Of a DNA stretch of 64,000 bases, positions 10,186 through 18,665 are shown in pieces. The DNA is from an uncultured Gemmatimonadales bacterium (lineage in GTDB: Bacteria; Gemmatimonadota; Gemmatimonadetes; Gemmatimonadales; GWC2-71-9): the NCBI GenBank assembly GCA_963844445.1, contig CAWJOB010000001.1:731746-795745 (forward strand), written 5' to 3'. The notes under the pieces are model-generated. The model was given only the letters and a program-made list of their open reading frames with translations. It searched no databases and was not told where the DNA came from. The first letter of the stretch is position 1, and every line of letters begins with the position of its first letter. A program made the translations under genes and the position numbers.

Positions 10186-10621
10186 GTGCCGCGGTGGATC
10201 GCCCGGTAGATCGCCTCGTAGCCGGTGCAGCGGCAGAGATTGCCCGCGAGGCCCTGGCGGATCTTCGCCAGCGTCGGGCGGGGACCCAGGGTGAGGGCGG
10301 TGAGGATCATGCCCGGGGTGCAGATGCCGCACTGCGCGCCCACCTCGTCCATGAAGGCGCGCTGGAGCGGGTGGTCATCGCCCAGTCCCTCGATCGTGGT
10401 CACTTCGGCGCCCTCGACCTGCGCCGCCGGCACCAGGCAGGAGCAGACCGCTTCGCCATTCACCAGGACGGTGCAGGCGCCGCACTCCCCCTCGCCGCAC
10501 CCTTCCTTGGTGCCGGTGAGGCCGCAGTCTTCCCGCAGCACGTCGAGCAGCCGCGCCATCGGCGCGACGTCGAGGTCGACCTCGCGGGCGTTCAGCGTGA
10601 AGCGCAGGCCGCCTCCCTCAT
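10182..10621 (-). CDS. xanthine dehydrogenase-family [2Fe-2S] small subunit; start unresolved
   Basis: C-terminal part of ORF 10182..11246: LRFTLNAREVDLDVAPMARLLDVLREDCGLTGTKEGCGEGECGACTVLVNG..CGICTPGM..NLCRCTGY. The only nearby ATG (10621-10619, MREAA) is one nt out of frame. Confidence 0.75.
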
Positions 10622-12716
10622 CGCCTCCGGCAGCGCCGGGATCGCCCGCACGTCGAGCCCGAGGTGCCGGATCGCGTTCACCACCGCGGGGGCGGGTCCG
10701 TCGACGGGGAGCTCGCCGAGGCCTTTGGCGCCGAAGGGCCCGCCGGCGTAGGGGTGCTCCAGGAGAACGACGTCCAGCTTCGGAGTGTCCATCGTGGTGG
10801 GAATGAGGTAGTTGGTGAGCTGCGCGTTGGCCATGACGCCGTCTCGCATGGTCGACCCGCTCGAGCAGCGCGTAGCCGAGTCCCTGCGCGGTCCCGCCCT
10901 CGACCTGTCCCCGGGCGAGCGCCGGGTGAATCGCCCGGCCGATCTCGTTCACCACGGTGATCCGCAGCGGCCGGATCTCCCAGGTGTCGGGATCCAGCTC
11001 GACCTCGGCAACGTCACATCCCCAGGCGTAGGCGGCGTAGGCGTCGCCCCGATAGTTGACCTCGTCCCACTGGATCCAGTCGGGCTGCTCGTACTGGCTG
11101 GTGACCGCCAGCGGTCCGTGCCGCCGGTAGTACTCCGCGGGTGTCGCCTCGCCCAGCTTCGCCCGAATCTCCTCGGCGGCGCGCTGGAGGATGCGGCCCA
11201 CCACCATGCAGGTCCGCGAGGCGACGGTGGGTCCGCTGTCGGGCACGACGCCGGTGTCGGCGTGCGGCGATCTCGACCTGCTCGTACGGGATGCCGAGGG
11301 CGTCGGCCACGATCTGCGCGTGCATGGTGCGGGTGCCCTGGCCGATCTCCGTGCTGGAGGTGAGCACCCGGACGCCGGTGGCGGTGAGCTCGATCGTCGC
11401 GCGCGAGGCGAGCTTCAGCTCGCCGCTCCCGGTGAACCCGGAGCCGTGCCAGTACATCGCGAGACCGATGCCCGCGGCCCGTTCCCGCGTACGCCTTGCG
11501 CTTGCGGCGGAAGCCCGATCGGCGCACCGCGGTGCGCAGCACTTCGAGCGCGCTGCAGTCGTCGCCCATGCGCTGGCCCGTCGCGGTGGTGTCTCCCGGC
11601 CGGAGCAGGTTGCGCTCCCGCAGGCGAACCGGGTCGAGACCGAGCGCCTCCGCGACGCGCTCCATGTGGACCTCGACTCCGAACTGGGTCTGCGGGGCGC
11701 CGAAGCCGCGGAACGCTCCGTTGGGCGGCGTGTTGGTGAACATCGCCCGGGCGGCGATCCGGACGTTCGTCGCAGCGGTAGGGCCCGGCCGCGTGGATCG
11801 CGCCGCGGGAGAGGACCACCGGCGAGAGCGTCACGTAGGCGCCGCCGTCGAGGATCACCTCGATGTCCATCGCCACCAGGCGGCCGTCGCGGGTGAGCCC
11901 GGTGCGGTGGCGGACTATCGCGGGGTGGCGCTTCGTCGTGGCCACCATGTCCTCCACCCGGTCGTACACCAGCTTGACCGGCCGGCCCGACTTCAATGCC
12001 AGCAGGGCGGCATGGGCCGCGATGCCGGAGGGGTACTCCTCCTTCCCGCCGAAGCCGCCGCCGGTCTCGGTCTGCACCACCCGCACTCGCGACACCGCGT
12101 CACCCAGCACGGTGGCGAGCGCCCGGTGGGCGTAGAACGGGCATTGGATCGACCCGTACACCGTGATCCCGCCGTCCTCCGGCACCGCGATGACTCCCTG
12201 GGGCTCGATGTAGACGTGCTCCTGGTGTCCGGTGCGGTAGGTGCCCTCGACGATGCCGTCGGCCGCGGAGAATCCGGCGCCGAGGTCGCCCTTCTCGATG
12301 AGGATCGTCTTGAAGGCCGTGGGCGAGCGCTCCGGATCGAAGACCGGCTCGCGCGGCTCCTCGACCAGGCTCACCCGAGCGCCGAGGAGGACTTCGCGGT
12401 TCTCGTGGGCGAGCAGCAGCACCGGCTCGGCGGCGTGGCGGATCTCGCGCTCGGCCAGACATGGCTGGTCGTCGGTGATCAGGGCGACGATGTTCCGGCC
12501 GGGTATGTCTCGGTGGTCCACCACGGTGAAGCCGGCGGGATCGAACTCGAGCCGGACGCCGGTGAGCAGCCCACAGGGGATGGTGGTGCGAATGGTCCGC
12601 CCGAACAGCATGCCTGGAAAATGGAGATCGTCGGCGTAGCGGGCCGTTCCCGTCGCCTTGCCGATCCCGTCCTTTCTGGGGACGCTGCGTCCGACAGCGT
12701 TGAGCAGGGTTGTCAT
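10592..12716 (-). pseudogene. xanthine dehydrogenase / aldehyde oxidase-family molybdopterin-binding large subunit, at least four frame breaks
   Basis: Consecutive segments in five ORFs. 11415..12716: MTTLLNAVGRSVPRKDGIGKATGTARYADD..TETGGGFGGKE. 10949..11743: MFTNTPPNGAFRGFGAPQ. 11014..11457: MYWHGSGFTGSGE..TEIGQGTRT. 10182..11246 N-terminal part: PDSGPTVASRT..VNEIGRAIHPALARGQVEGG. 10592..10849: YLIPTTMDTP..GAKGLGE. The xanthine assignment rests on gene context only. Confidence 0.8.
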
Positions 12717-12735
12717 CCGTCATCCCCGATGCGGG

Positions 12736-13455
12736 TCATCGGTGCCGGTCCACCCGCGCGCGCGCTGCGCGCACCAGGTCGCCGTTGCCGGTGGCGACCG
12801 TCCCATCGGGCAGGACGAGGGTGTCCTCGAAGCCGATCCGGGTGGCGTAGCCGCGCGCGCCCGCCGCGTCCACCAGCGGCCAAGCGGTCGCGTTCACGCC
12901 GTGAAGCAGTCTGGGTGCCCGCACGGCCGCCGCGTCGAGGACCGCCTCGGTTTGCGCCACCGTGGCCATGGCGTCTGCGGCGACCTGCTCCCGAGGCTCG
13001 AACATGATCCGGAGACACCGATCTCCCAGCCCGCTCCGAACCAGCTGTTGGGCAGCGAAGAGGTTCGCCACCCCGGCCTCGAGCGTCACGTCGCGCTCCA
13101 TGAAGAAGGTCGCCAGCTCGGCGGCCCCCTCCTCGTCGAAGTTGATGGAGACGAAGTCGGGGAGCGCCGTCCACTCCCGGACCGTGGCAAGTCGACGCGC
13201 CGGGTCGGGGATTATCCATGCGCCGGTACTGATACCGAACGGTACGCCAAGCCCGCGGACCTCGGAGACCGCGCCGGCGACGTCGGCGGGGGCCAGGCTC
13301 TCCCGCCCGTCCGCCGCCCGGACATGGAAGTGCACGGCTCCAGCGCCCGCTCCGGCCGCCTCGGCCGCGGCGGCGGCCAGTTGCTTGGGCGACAGCGGCA
13401 TCGCGGGATGGTCGGCTGGTGAGCGCCCACCGTTCAATGCCGCCTCTACGAGCAT
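12736..13455 (-). CDS. BKACE / DUF849 family (3-keto-5-aminohexanoate cleavage enzyme-like) protein
   Basis: ORF 12736..13455: MLVEAALNGGRSPADHPAMPLSPKQLAAAAAEAAGAGAGAVHFHVRAADGRESL. This is the DUF849 N-terminal pattern as I recall it. Intact but rather short at 239 aa. Confidence 0.65.
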   Translation of the reverse strand: MLVEAALNGGRSPADHPAMPLSPKQLAAAAAEAAGAGAGAVHFHVRAADGRESLAPADVAGAVSEVRGLGVPFGISTGAWIIPDPARRLATVREWTALPDFVSINFDEEGAAELATFFMERDVTLEAGVANLFAAQQLVRSGLGDRCLRIMFEPREQVAADAMATVAQTEAVLDAAAVRAPRLLHGVNATAWPLVDAAGARGYATRIGFEDTLVLPDGTVATGNGDLVRAARARVDRHR

Positions 13456-13584
13456 GTTGGGCCAAACCCCATGGCTGTCAAACCTACGCGCATCGCTCGT
13501 GCTCGCCAGCCTGCGCGCGGCGTTTGCACGGGGTTGGAGCCCGTCGTATGTTGACGTGAAACCCGGTCCGGAACACGGTACGAT

Positions 13585-13687
13585 GTCATCCCGACCCCGA
13601 GAGCACGAGGGGGAGGGATCTTCTCACCCGGCATTCGATACCCGCGGAGTGGATCCCTCCCCCTCGTGCTCTCGGGGCCGGGATGAC
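13585..13687. repeat. 36-bp-arm inverted repeat (REP-like hairpin) in the hydA 5' region
   Basis: Left arm 13585-13620 is gtcatcccgaccccgagagcacgagggggagggatc. Right arm 13652-13687 is gatccctccccctcgtgctctcggggccgggatgac. One position is a G-U wobble pair rather than a Watson-Crick pair. The loop is 31 nt. The hairpin ends 5 nt before the AGGAGA RBS of hydA. Confidence 0.9.
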
Positions 13688-13705
13688 ACACCAGGAGAAG
13701 CGGCC

Positions 13706-15178
13706 ATGAGACTCGATCGCATCATCAGGGGCGGCAACGTCGTCACCCCGGCTGGAACCTTCACCGGCGACGTCGGCATCGCGGGCGAGAAGATCGCGGC
13801 GCTCGGCACGGACCTCGAGGCGTCGCAGGGTACCGACGTCATCGACGCCACCGGCCATCACGTGCTGCCCGGGGTGCTCGACGTCCACGTGCACCTGGCA
13901 CTTCCGTTCTGCGGCACGGTCTCCGCCGACGACTATCGCACCGGCACTCGAGCCGGCGCCCGGGGTGGGGTCACCACCGTGATCGACTTCGCCATCCCGT
14001 ACGCCGGAGAATCTCTCGACCAGGCGGCCAACAACTGGATGCTGAAGGCTGAGGGGAAGGCGCTGATCGACTACACCTTCCACATCTGCGTCACCCGCTA
14101 TGCCGAGCACAAATCGCAGATCAAGGGCATGGTGGACCGCGGCTTCAGCACCTTCAAGGAGTTCATGATCTACGAGTCGGAGGGGTGGCAATCGGACGAC
14201 CGCGCCCTGTTCGGCACGCTGGAGCAGATGCGGGAGCACGGCACCATGCTCCTGGTGCATGCGGAGTCGGCCCGGGTGCTCGACGAGTTGATCGCCCGGC
14301 ACCACACGCCGGAGCTCATGGCGCGCTACGGCGCGCGGCTGCACCCGATGACCCGCCCCAACTTCATCGAGGCGGAGGCGATTCAGCGGGTGGTGCAGTG
14401 GTGCGAGGCCACCGGGGGACAGCTCTATATCGTGCACATGTCCACCGCGGAGGGCTCGGACATCGTGCGCGCGGCCCAGTCCCGCGGCGTGCCGGTGTTG
14501 GCCGAGACCTGCGCTCAGTATCTGGTGCTGGACGACTCGGTCTTCGAGCGGGAGGACGGGCACCTCTTCGCCTGCTGTCCCCAGATCAAGAAGCCGAAGG
14601 ACGTCGAGCGGCTGTGGCAGGGACTCCGCGGCGGTGAGGTCTCGGTAGTCTCCACCGACACCTGCACCTTCACCCGCGAGCAGAAGGCGATGTGGAACGG
14701 AGACTGGACCAAGATTCCGATGGGGCTTCCGGGTCTCGAGACCCTGCTGCCGCTGGTCTACACGCGGGGCGTGCTCGGCGGCCGTCTCACCCTCGAGGAG
14801 CTGAGCATGAAGCTGAGCACCAACCCGGCGCGGATCATGGGCCTCGCTCCGCGGAAGGGCGCGATCGCGGTGGGTGCCGATGCCGATCTGGCCATCATCC
14901 ACCCCACGGCAACCCGCGCGGTGACCCCGTCCGCCATGGAGACCAACGCCGACTGGTCGCCCTACGAGGGGTGGGAGCTGGCGGGGTTCGCCCGGACGAC
15001 CCTTTCGCGCGGCGAGGTCATCGTGGATCGATACGCCGTGGTGGGTCGCGAGGGGAGAGGGCAGTGGCTGCCGCGCACCAGCGCGGGGCTCCAGCCGTCG
15101 GCTCCGCCGCCGCCGGCGGCGAATGCGCCGGCCGCCGCCCCACGCGCGCGGGTCAAGCGACCGGCAGGAGCCCGGTGA
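13706..15178 (+). CDS. hydA: dihydropyrimidinase / D-hydantoinase
   Basis: In-frame part of ORF 12962..15178 from ATG 13706 (RBS AGGAGA at 13693-13698): MRLDRIIRGGNVVTPAG..LPGVLDVHVHLALPF..FKEFMIYE..LLVHAES..YIVHMST..VSTDTC. Intact. Confidence 0.9.
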   Translation: MRLDRIIRGGNVVTPAGTFTGDVGIAGEKIAALGTDLEASQGTDVIDATGHHVLPGVLDVHVHLALPFCGTVSADDYRTGTRAGARGGVTTVIDFAIPYAGESLDQAANNWMLKAEGKALIDYTFHICVTRYAEHKSQIKGMVDRGFSTFKEFMIYESEGWQSDDRALFGTLEQMREHGTMLLVHAESARVLDELIARHHTPELMARYGARLHPMTRPNFIEAEAIQRVVQWCEATGGQLYIVHMSTAEGSDIVRAAQSRGVPVLAETCAQYLVLDDSVFEREDGHLFACCPQIKKPKDVERLWQGLRGGEVSVVSTDTCTFTREQKAMWNGDWTKIPMGLPGLETLLPLVYTRGVLGGRLTLEELSMKLSTNPARIMGLAPRKGAIAVGADADLAIIHPTATRAVTPSAMETNADWSPYEGWELAGFARTTLSRGEVIVDRYAVVGREGRGQWLPRTSAGLQPSAPPPPAANAPAAAPRARVKRPAGAR

Positions 15179-16688
15179 CGACCGCCCCGGCGGCGTCCAC
15201 GTCAGTCGATCTCAGCCAGAGCCCGCTCTGGAATCCCGACCTGGCTCCCACCCCGCCGGAGCGACGAACCTGGTCCACCTACAACATCGCCGCGCTCTGG
15301 ATCGGCATGAGCGTGGTGATCACCACCTACACTCTCGCCTCCGGCCTCATGCATCAGGGGATGCACTGGTGGCAGGCGATGACCACCATCCTGCTGGGCA
15401 ATACCATCGTGCTGGTGCCGATGGTGCTGAACGCCCACGCCGGCACCAAATACGGCATCTCGTTTCCGGTGCTGTGCCGCGCCAGCTTCGGCGTGCGCGG
15501 CGCCAACCTCCCCGCGATCCTGCGTGCGATCGTCGCCTGCGGCTGGTTCGGGATCCAGACCTGGATCGGCGGGCTCGCGCTCGACGCGCTGGTCTACGCG
15601 GCCTGGTCAGGCTGGGGGGAGGTGCCGGCCCACGCCGGCATCGCCTTCATGGTGTTCTGGCTGATCCAGGTGGCGGTGATCCTCAAGGGGACCGAGGGGA
15701 TCAAGCACCTGGAGAGCTGGTCGGCGCCGCTGCTTCTGGCCGGAGGAGGCATTCTCCTCGCCTGGGCCATCCGCGCCGGAGGCGGGCTCGGCCACCTGTT
15801 GGCCGAATCGGAGCGGCTCCGCGGTGGGAGCACCTCGTTCTGGGCTCTCTTTCCGTCGGCGCTCACCGCCAGCGTCGGCTACTGGGCCACCCTGAGTCTC
15901 AACATCCCCGACTTCACCCGCTACGCCAGGAGCCAGCGCTCCCAGATGCTGGGCCAGGCGCTGGGCCTTCCCACCACGATGACGGCGTTCGCGTTCATCG
16001 GGGTGGCGGTCACCAGCGCCACGATCGTGATGTTCGGCGAGGCGATCTGGGACCCCGTAGTGCTGATCGCGCGGGTCGGGGGCACCGGCATGATCGTGTT
16101 CGCGGCGCTGGTGGTGCTCGCGGCCCAGCTCACGACCAACATGGCGGCGAACGTGGTGTCGCCCTCCAACGACTTCTCCAACCTGAGCCCCAAGCGGATC
16201 AGCTACGTCACCGGGGGGCTCATCACTGCGGTGATCGGCATTCTGATGATGCCGTGGAGGCTGTACGCCGACGCGGCTGCCTACATCTTCACCTGGCTGC
16301 TGGGCTACTCGAGCCTGATGGGCGCGCTCGGGCGGAATCCTCATCGCCGACTACTGGGTCATTCGGCGGCAGCGGCTGGTGCTGGACGACCTCTACCGCA
16401 GCAGGGCGCCTACACCTATGGCGCGGAGTCAACTCGCGGGCGGTCGCGGCGTTCGTCATCGCCATTGTGCCGGTGGTGCCCGGCTTCGTGCGCGCCGTGG
16501 CGACGCCGGGCGGGGCCGTGGCGGACCCGAACCTGTTCGACCGGCTGTACTCGTACGCGTGGTTCGTGACGTTCGGGCTGAGCTTCGTCGCCTACCTCGT
16601 GCTCATGCGGGGCGCGACGAATGCGCCTCCGCCCCAAGCGCATGAAGAGAGAGGCACAGAGGCCACGAGGAAGTACACTTTCTGGTAG
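15175..16688 (+). pseudogene. NCS1-family nucleobase/hydantoin/allantoin permease, three frame breaks near the 3' end
   Basis: GTG 15175 overlaps the hydA stop (GTGA) and follows GGCAGGAG. Frame of 14692..16569: WNPDLAPTPPERRTWSTYNIAALWIGMSV..NAHAGTKYGISFPVL..GWFGIQTW..NIPDFTRYA..SSLMGALG. Then GILIADYWVIRRQRLVLDDLYRS (frame of 16379), GAYTY, and WRGVNSRAVAAFVIAIVPVVPGF (frame of 15123..16688). Confidence 0.8.
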
Positions 16689-16700
16689 GAGAAGGACGAG

Positions 16701-17570
16701 ATGCCCCGAGTCGTGAAATGCGGATTGATCCAGGCGACCCATGCCTGCGCCACCTCCGAGAAGCTCGAGACGATCCGCGAGGCGAACGTCGCCAAGCACA
16801 TGAAGCTGATCGAGCGCGCCGGGCGCGAGGGCGTGCAGATCCTCTGCATGCAGGAGATCTTCACCGGCCCCTACTTCTGCGCCGAGCAGAGCGCGCGATG
16901 GTACGACGCGGTCGAGGCGATTCCCGAGGGGCCGACCACCCGGCTCATGCAGGAGGTCGCCCGACGCTACTCGATGGCGATCGTGGTGCCGCTCTACGAG
17001 GAGGACGGGGCCGGGATCTACTACAACACCGCCGCGGTGATCGATGCCGACGGGTCCTACCTGGGCAAGTACCGAAAGAACCACATTCCCCACTGCGCGC
17101 CGGGATTCTGGGAGAAGTTCTACTTCCGGCCGGGCAACCTGGGTTACCCGGTCTTCAAGACCAGGTACGCCGACGTGGGCGTCTACATCTGCTACGATCG
17201 CCATTTCCCCGAGGGCGCGCGCGAGCTGGGCTTCAACGGCGCGGAGATCGTCTTCAACCCCTCGGCGACCGTGGCGGGCCTGTCGGAGTACCTCTGGCGG
17301 CTGGAGCAGCCGGCGCACGCGGTGGCCAACGCCTTCTTCGTCGGGGCGATCAACCGGGTGGGATACGAAGATCCCTGGCGGATCGGCGAGTTCTACGGGC
17401 AGAGCTACTTCTGCAACCCGCGCGGGCAGATGGTGGCGGAGGCGAAGCGGGACCGGGACGAGCTGATCACGGCGGAGCTGGACCTGGACCAGATCCGCGA
17501 GGTGCGAAACGTCTGGCAGTTCTACCGGGACCGGCGGCCGGAGACGTACGTGGGCTTGACGAAGCTGTAG
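16701..17570 (+). CDS. beta-ureidopropionase / N-carbamoyl-amino-acid amidohydrolase (nitrilase superfamily)
   Basis: ORF 16701..17570: MPRVVKCGLIQA..ILCMQEIF..YRKNHIP..VYICYDRHFPE..FNPSAT. Contains the catalytic E-K-C triad contexts. Intact. Confidence 0.9.
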   Translation: MPRVVKCGLIQATHACATSEKLETIREANVAKHMKLIERAGREGVQILCMQEIFTGPYFCAEQSARWYDAVEAIPEGPTTRLMQEVARRYSMAIVVPLYEEDGAGIYYNTAAVIDADGSYLGKYRKNHIPHCAPGFWEKFYFRPGNLGYPVFKTRYADVGVYICYDRHFPEGARELGFNGAEIVFNPSATVAGLSEYLWRLEQPAHAVANAFFVGAINRVGYEDPWRIGEFYGQSYFCNPRGQMVAEAKRDRDELITAELDLDQIREVRNVWQFYRDRRPETYVGLTKL

Positions 17571-17590
17571 ACCGACCGGCCGCTCCGCGC

Positions 17591-18028
17591 TCAGCGGCCG
17601 ATGTCCTCGTTCCAGAGGTCCGGGTGGTCGCGGATGAAGTCCGCCAGCAGCCGCTCGCAGGCGGGGTCCTGGACCACCTCGAGCGCCACACCACGGCTCC
17701 GCAGCAGGTCCTCCTCTCCCACGAACGTCCGATTCTCGCCGATGACCACCTTGGGAATCCCGTAGAGCAGAACTGCCCCGCTGCACATCGCGCAGGGCGA
17801 GAGCGTGGTGTAGAGCGTGCACTCGCGATACACCGCCGCCGGATGCCGCCCGGCCCTCTCCAGGGCGTCCATCTCCGCGTGGAGCACCACGCTTCCCGCC
17901 TGCTGCCGCCGGTTGTGCCCGCGGCCGAGCATGCGATCCTGGTGGACCAGGACGGAGCCGATCGGAATGCCGCCCTCCTCGAGTCCGAGACGAGCCTCGT
18001 CGAGAGCGGCGCGCAGGAAGCGGTCCAC
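17591..18028 (-). CDS. cytosine/nucleoside deaminase (CDA fold, FCY1-like)
   Basis: ORF 17591..18028. Zinc motifs HAEMDAL and PCAMC. The C-terminal FIRDHPDLWNEDIGR resembles the yeast Fcy1 tail as I recall it. Confidence 0.8.
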   Translation of the reverse strand: MDRFLRAALDEARLGLEEGGIPIGSVLVHQDRMLGRGHNRRQQAGSVVLHAEMDALERAGRHPAAVYRECTLYTTLSPCAMCSGAVLLYGIPKVVIGENRTFVGEEDLLRSRGVALEVVQDPACERLLADFIRDHPDLWNEDIGR

Positions 18029-18064
18029 GCGATGGTCTCCGTGCGGCGGCAGGGAGACGGCCGA

Positions 18065-18529
18065 CTACGGTGCGCGAGTGCCCTCGAACCGGAGGTGGGC
18101 CACCGAATCTGGGCCACTCGCCTTGTAGTGAGCGATGATCGTGCCCACTAGCTTGCCGTCCTCCAGCCGGTTGACGGTGGTTGACGTCACCTGGACCCCC
18201 TTCCGGAAGTTGCTCTCGAACGGGCCGGCCTCGGTCACAATGCTGTCGCCGTCCACCGCGACGACGCGGACCGGGACGGGGCTCCGTTTCGGGAAGGTGA
18301 ATGTCCAGCCCAAAGTGTCGCTGGTGGCGACCATCTCGTGGCTCAGGATCGTGCTGTCCCCACTCTCGGGCATCACCCGCACTGCCCACCTGCCGGCGAT
18401 GTCGGCGAGCGCGATCGGGGCGGGGGCTGCCGCGGTGGCGTCGGCCATCTCATCCGCTGCCGGTTGGGCTCTTTCTTTGCTGCAGGCCACGAGGACGACC
18501 GCGCAGCAGCAGATGGCGAAACGGCGCAT
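18065..18529 (-). CDS. hypothetical lipoprotein
   Basis: In ORF 18065..18646, from ATG 18529-18527: MRRFAICCCAVVLVACSKE (lipobox). No family recognised. Confidence 0.6.
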   Translation of the reverse strand: MRRFAICCCAVVLVACSKERAQPAADEMADATAAAPAPIALADIAGRWAVRVMPESGDSTILSHEMVATSDTLGWTFTFPKRSPVPVRVVAVDGDSIVTEAGPFESNFRKGVQVTSTTVNRLEDGKLVGTIIAHYKASGPDSVAHLRFEGTRAP

Positions 18530-18630
18530 CGGTCTCTCCGTTGTCGAGGACTGTTGGATCAAGATTTTGCAGAGGAGTGTCGAGGAGAACCTACGCGCCC
18601 GATCAGGGGCACGCAAACGGCCGGCATGGT

Positions 18631-18662
18631 TTGACGTGGAGCACATGTCTGACTAAAGTCAG
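18631..18662 (+). promoter_or_regulatory. sigma70-like promoter (TTGACG-17-TAAAGT) with a CTGACT-AA-AGTCAG palindrome overlapping the -10; predicts a leaderless MarR-GNAT mRNA
   Basis: -35 at 18631-18636, 17-nt spacer, -10 at 18654-18659. Palindrome at 18649-18662. The ATG at 18666 lies 7 nt after the -10 and no SD is present. Confidence 0.45.
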
Positions 18663-18665
18663 CTA

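Noticed and set aside
10592-10621. Possible fusion of the XDH large subunit with the 2Fe-2S subunit (..PEAMREA / LRFTLN..).
   Set aside because: It depends on a single hypothetical G in a GG run. As written, the large-subunit frame stops at 10592 and the small subunit lacks an in-frame start. The question is unresolved rather than evidence of a novel architecture.
16416-18389. 657-aa minus-strand ORF spanning 2 kb.
   Set aside because: It runs antisense across the NCS1 3' end and beta-ureidopropionase, and out of frame across the same-strand cytosine deaminase and the start of the lipoprotein. All four have clear family motifs, while this ORF is low-complexity R/G/P-rich.
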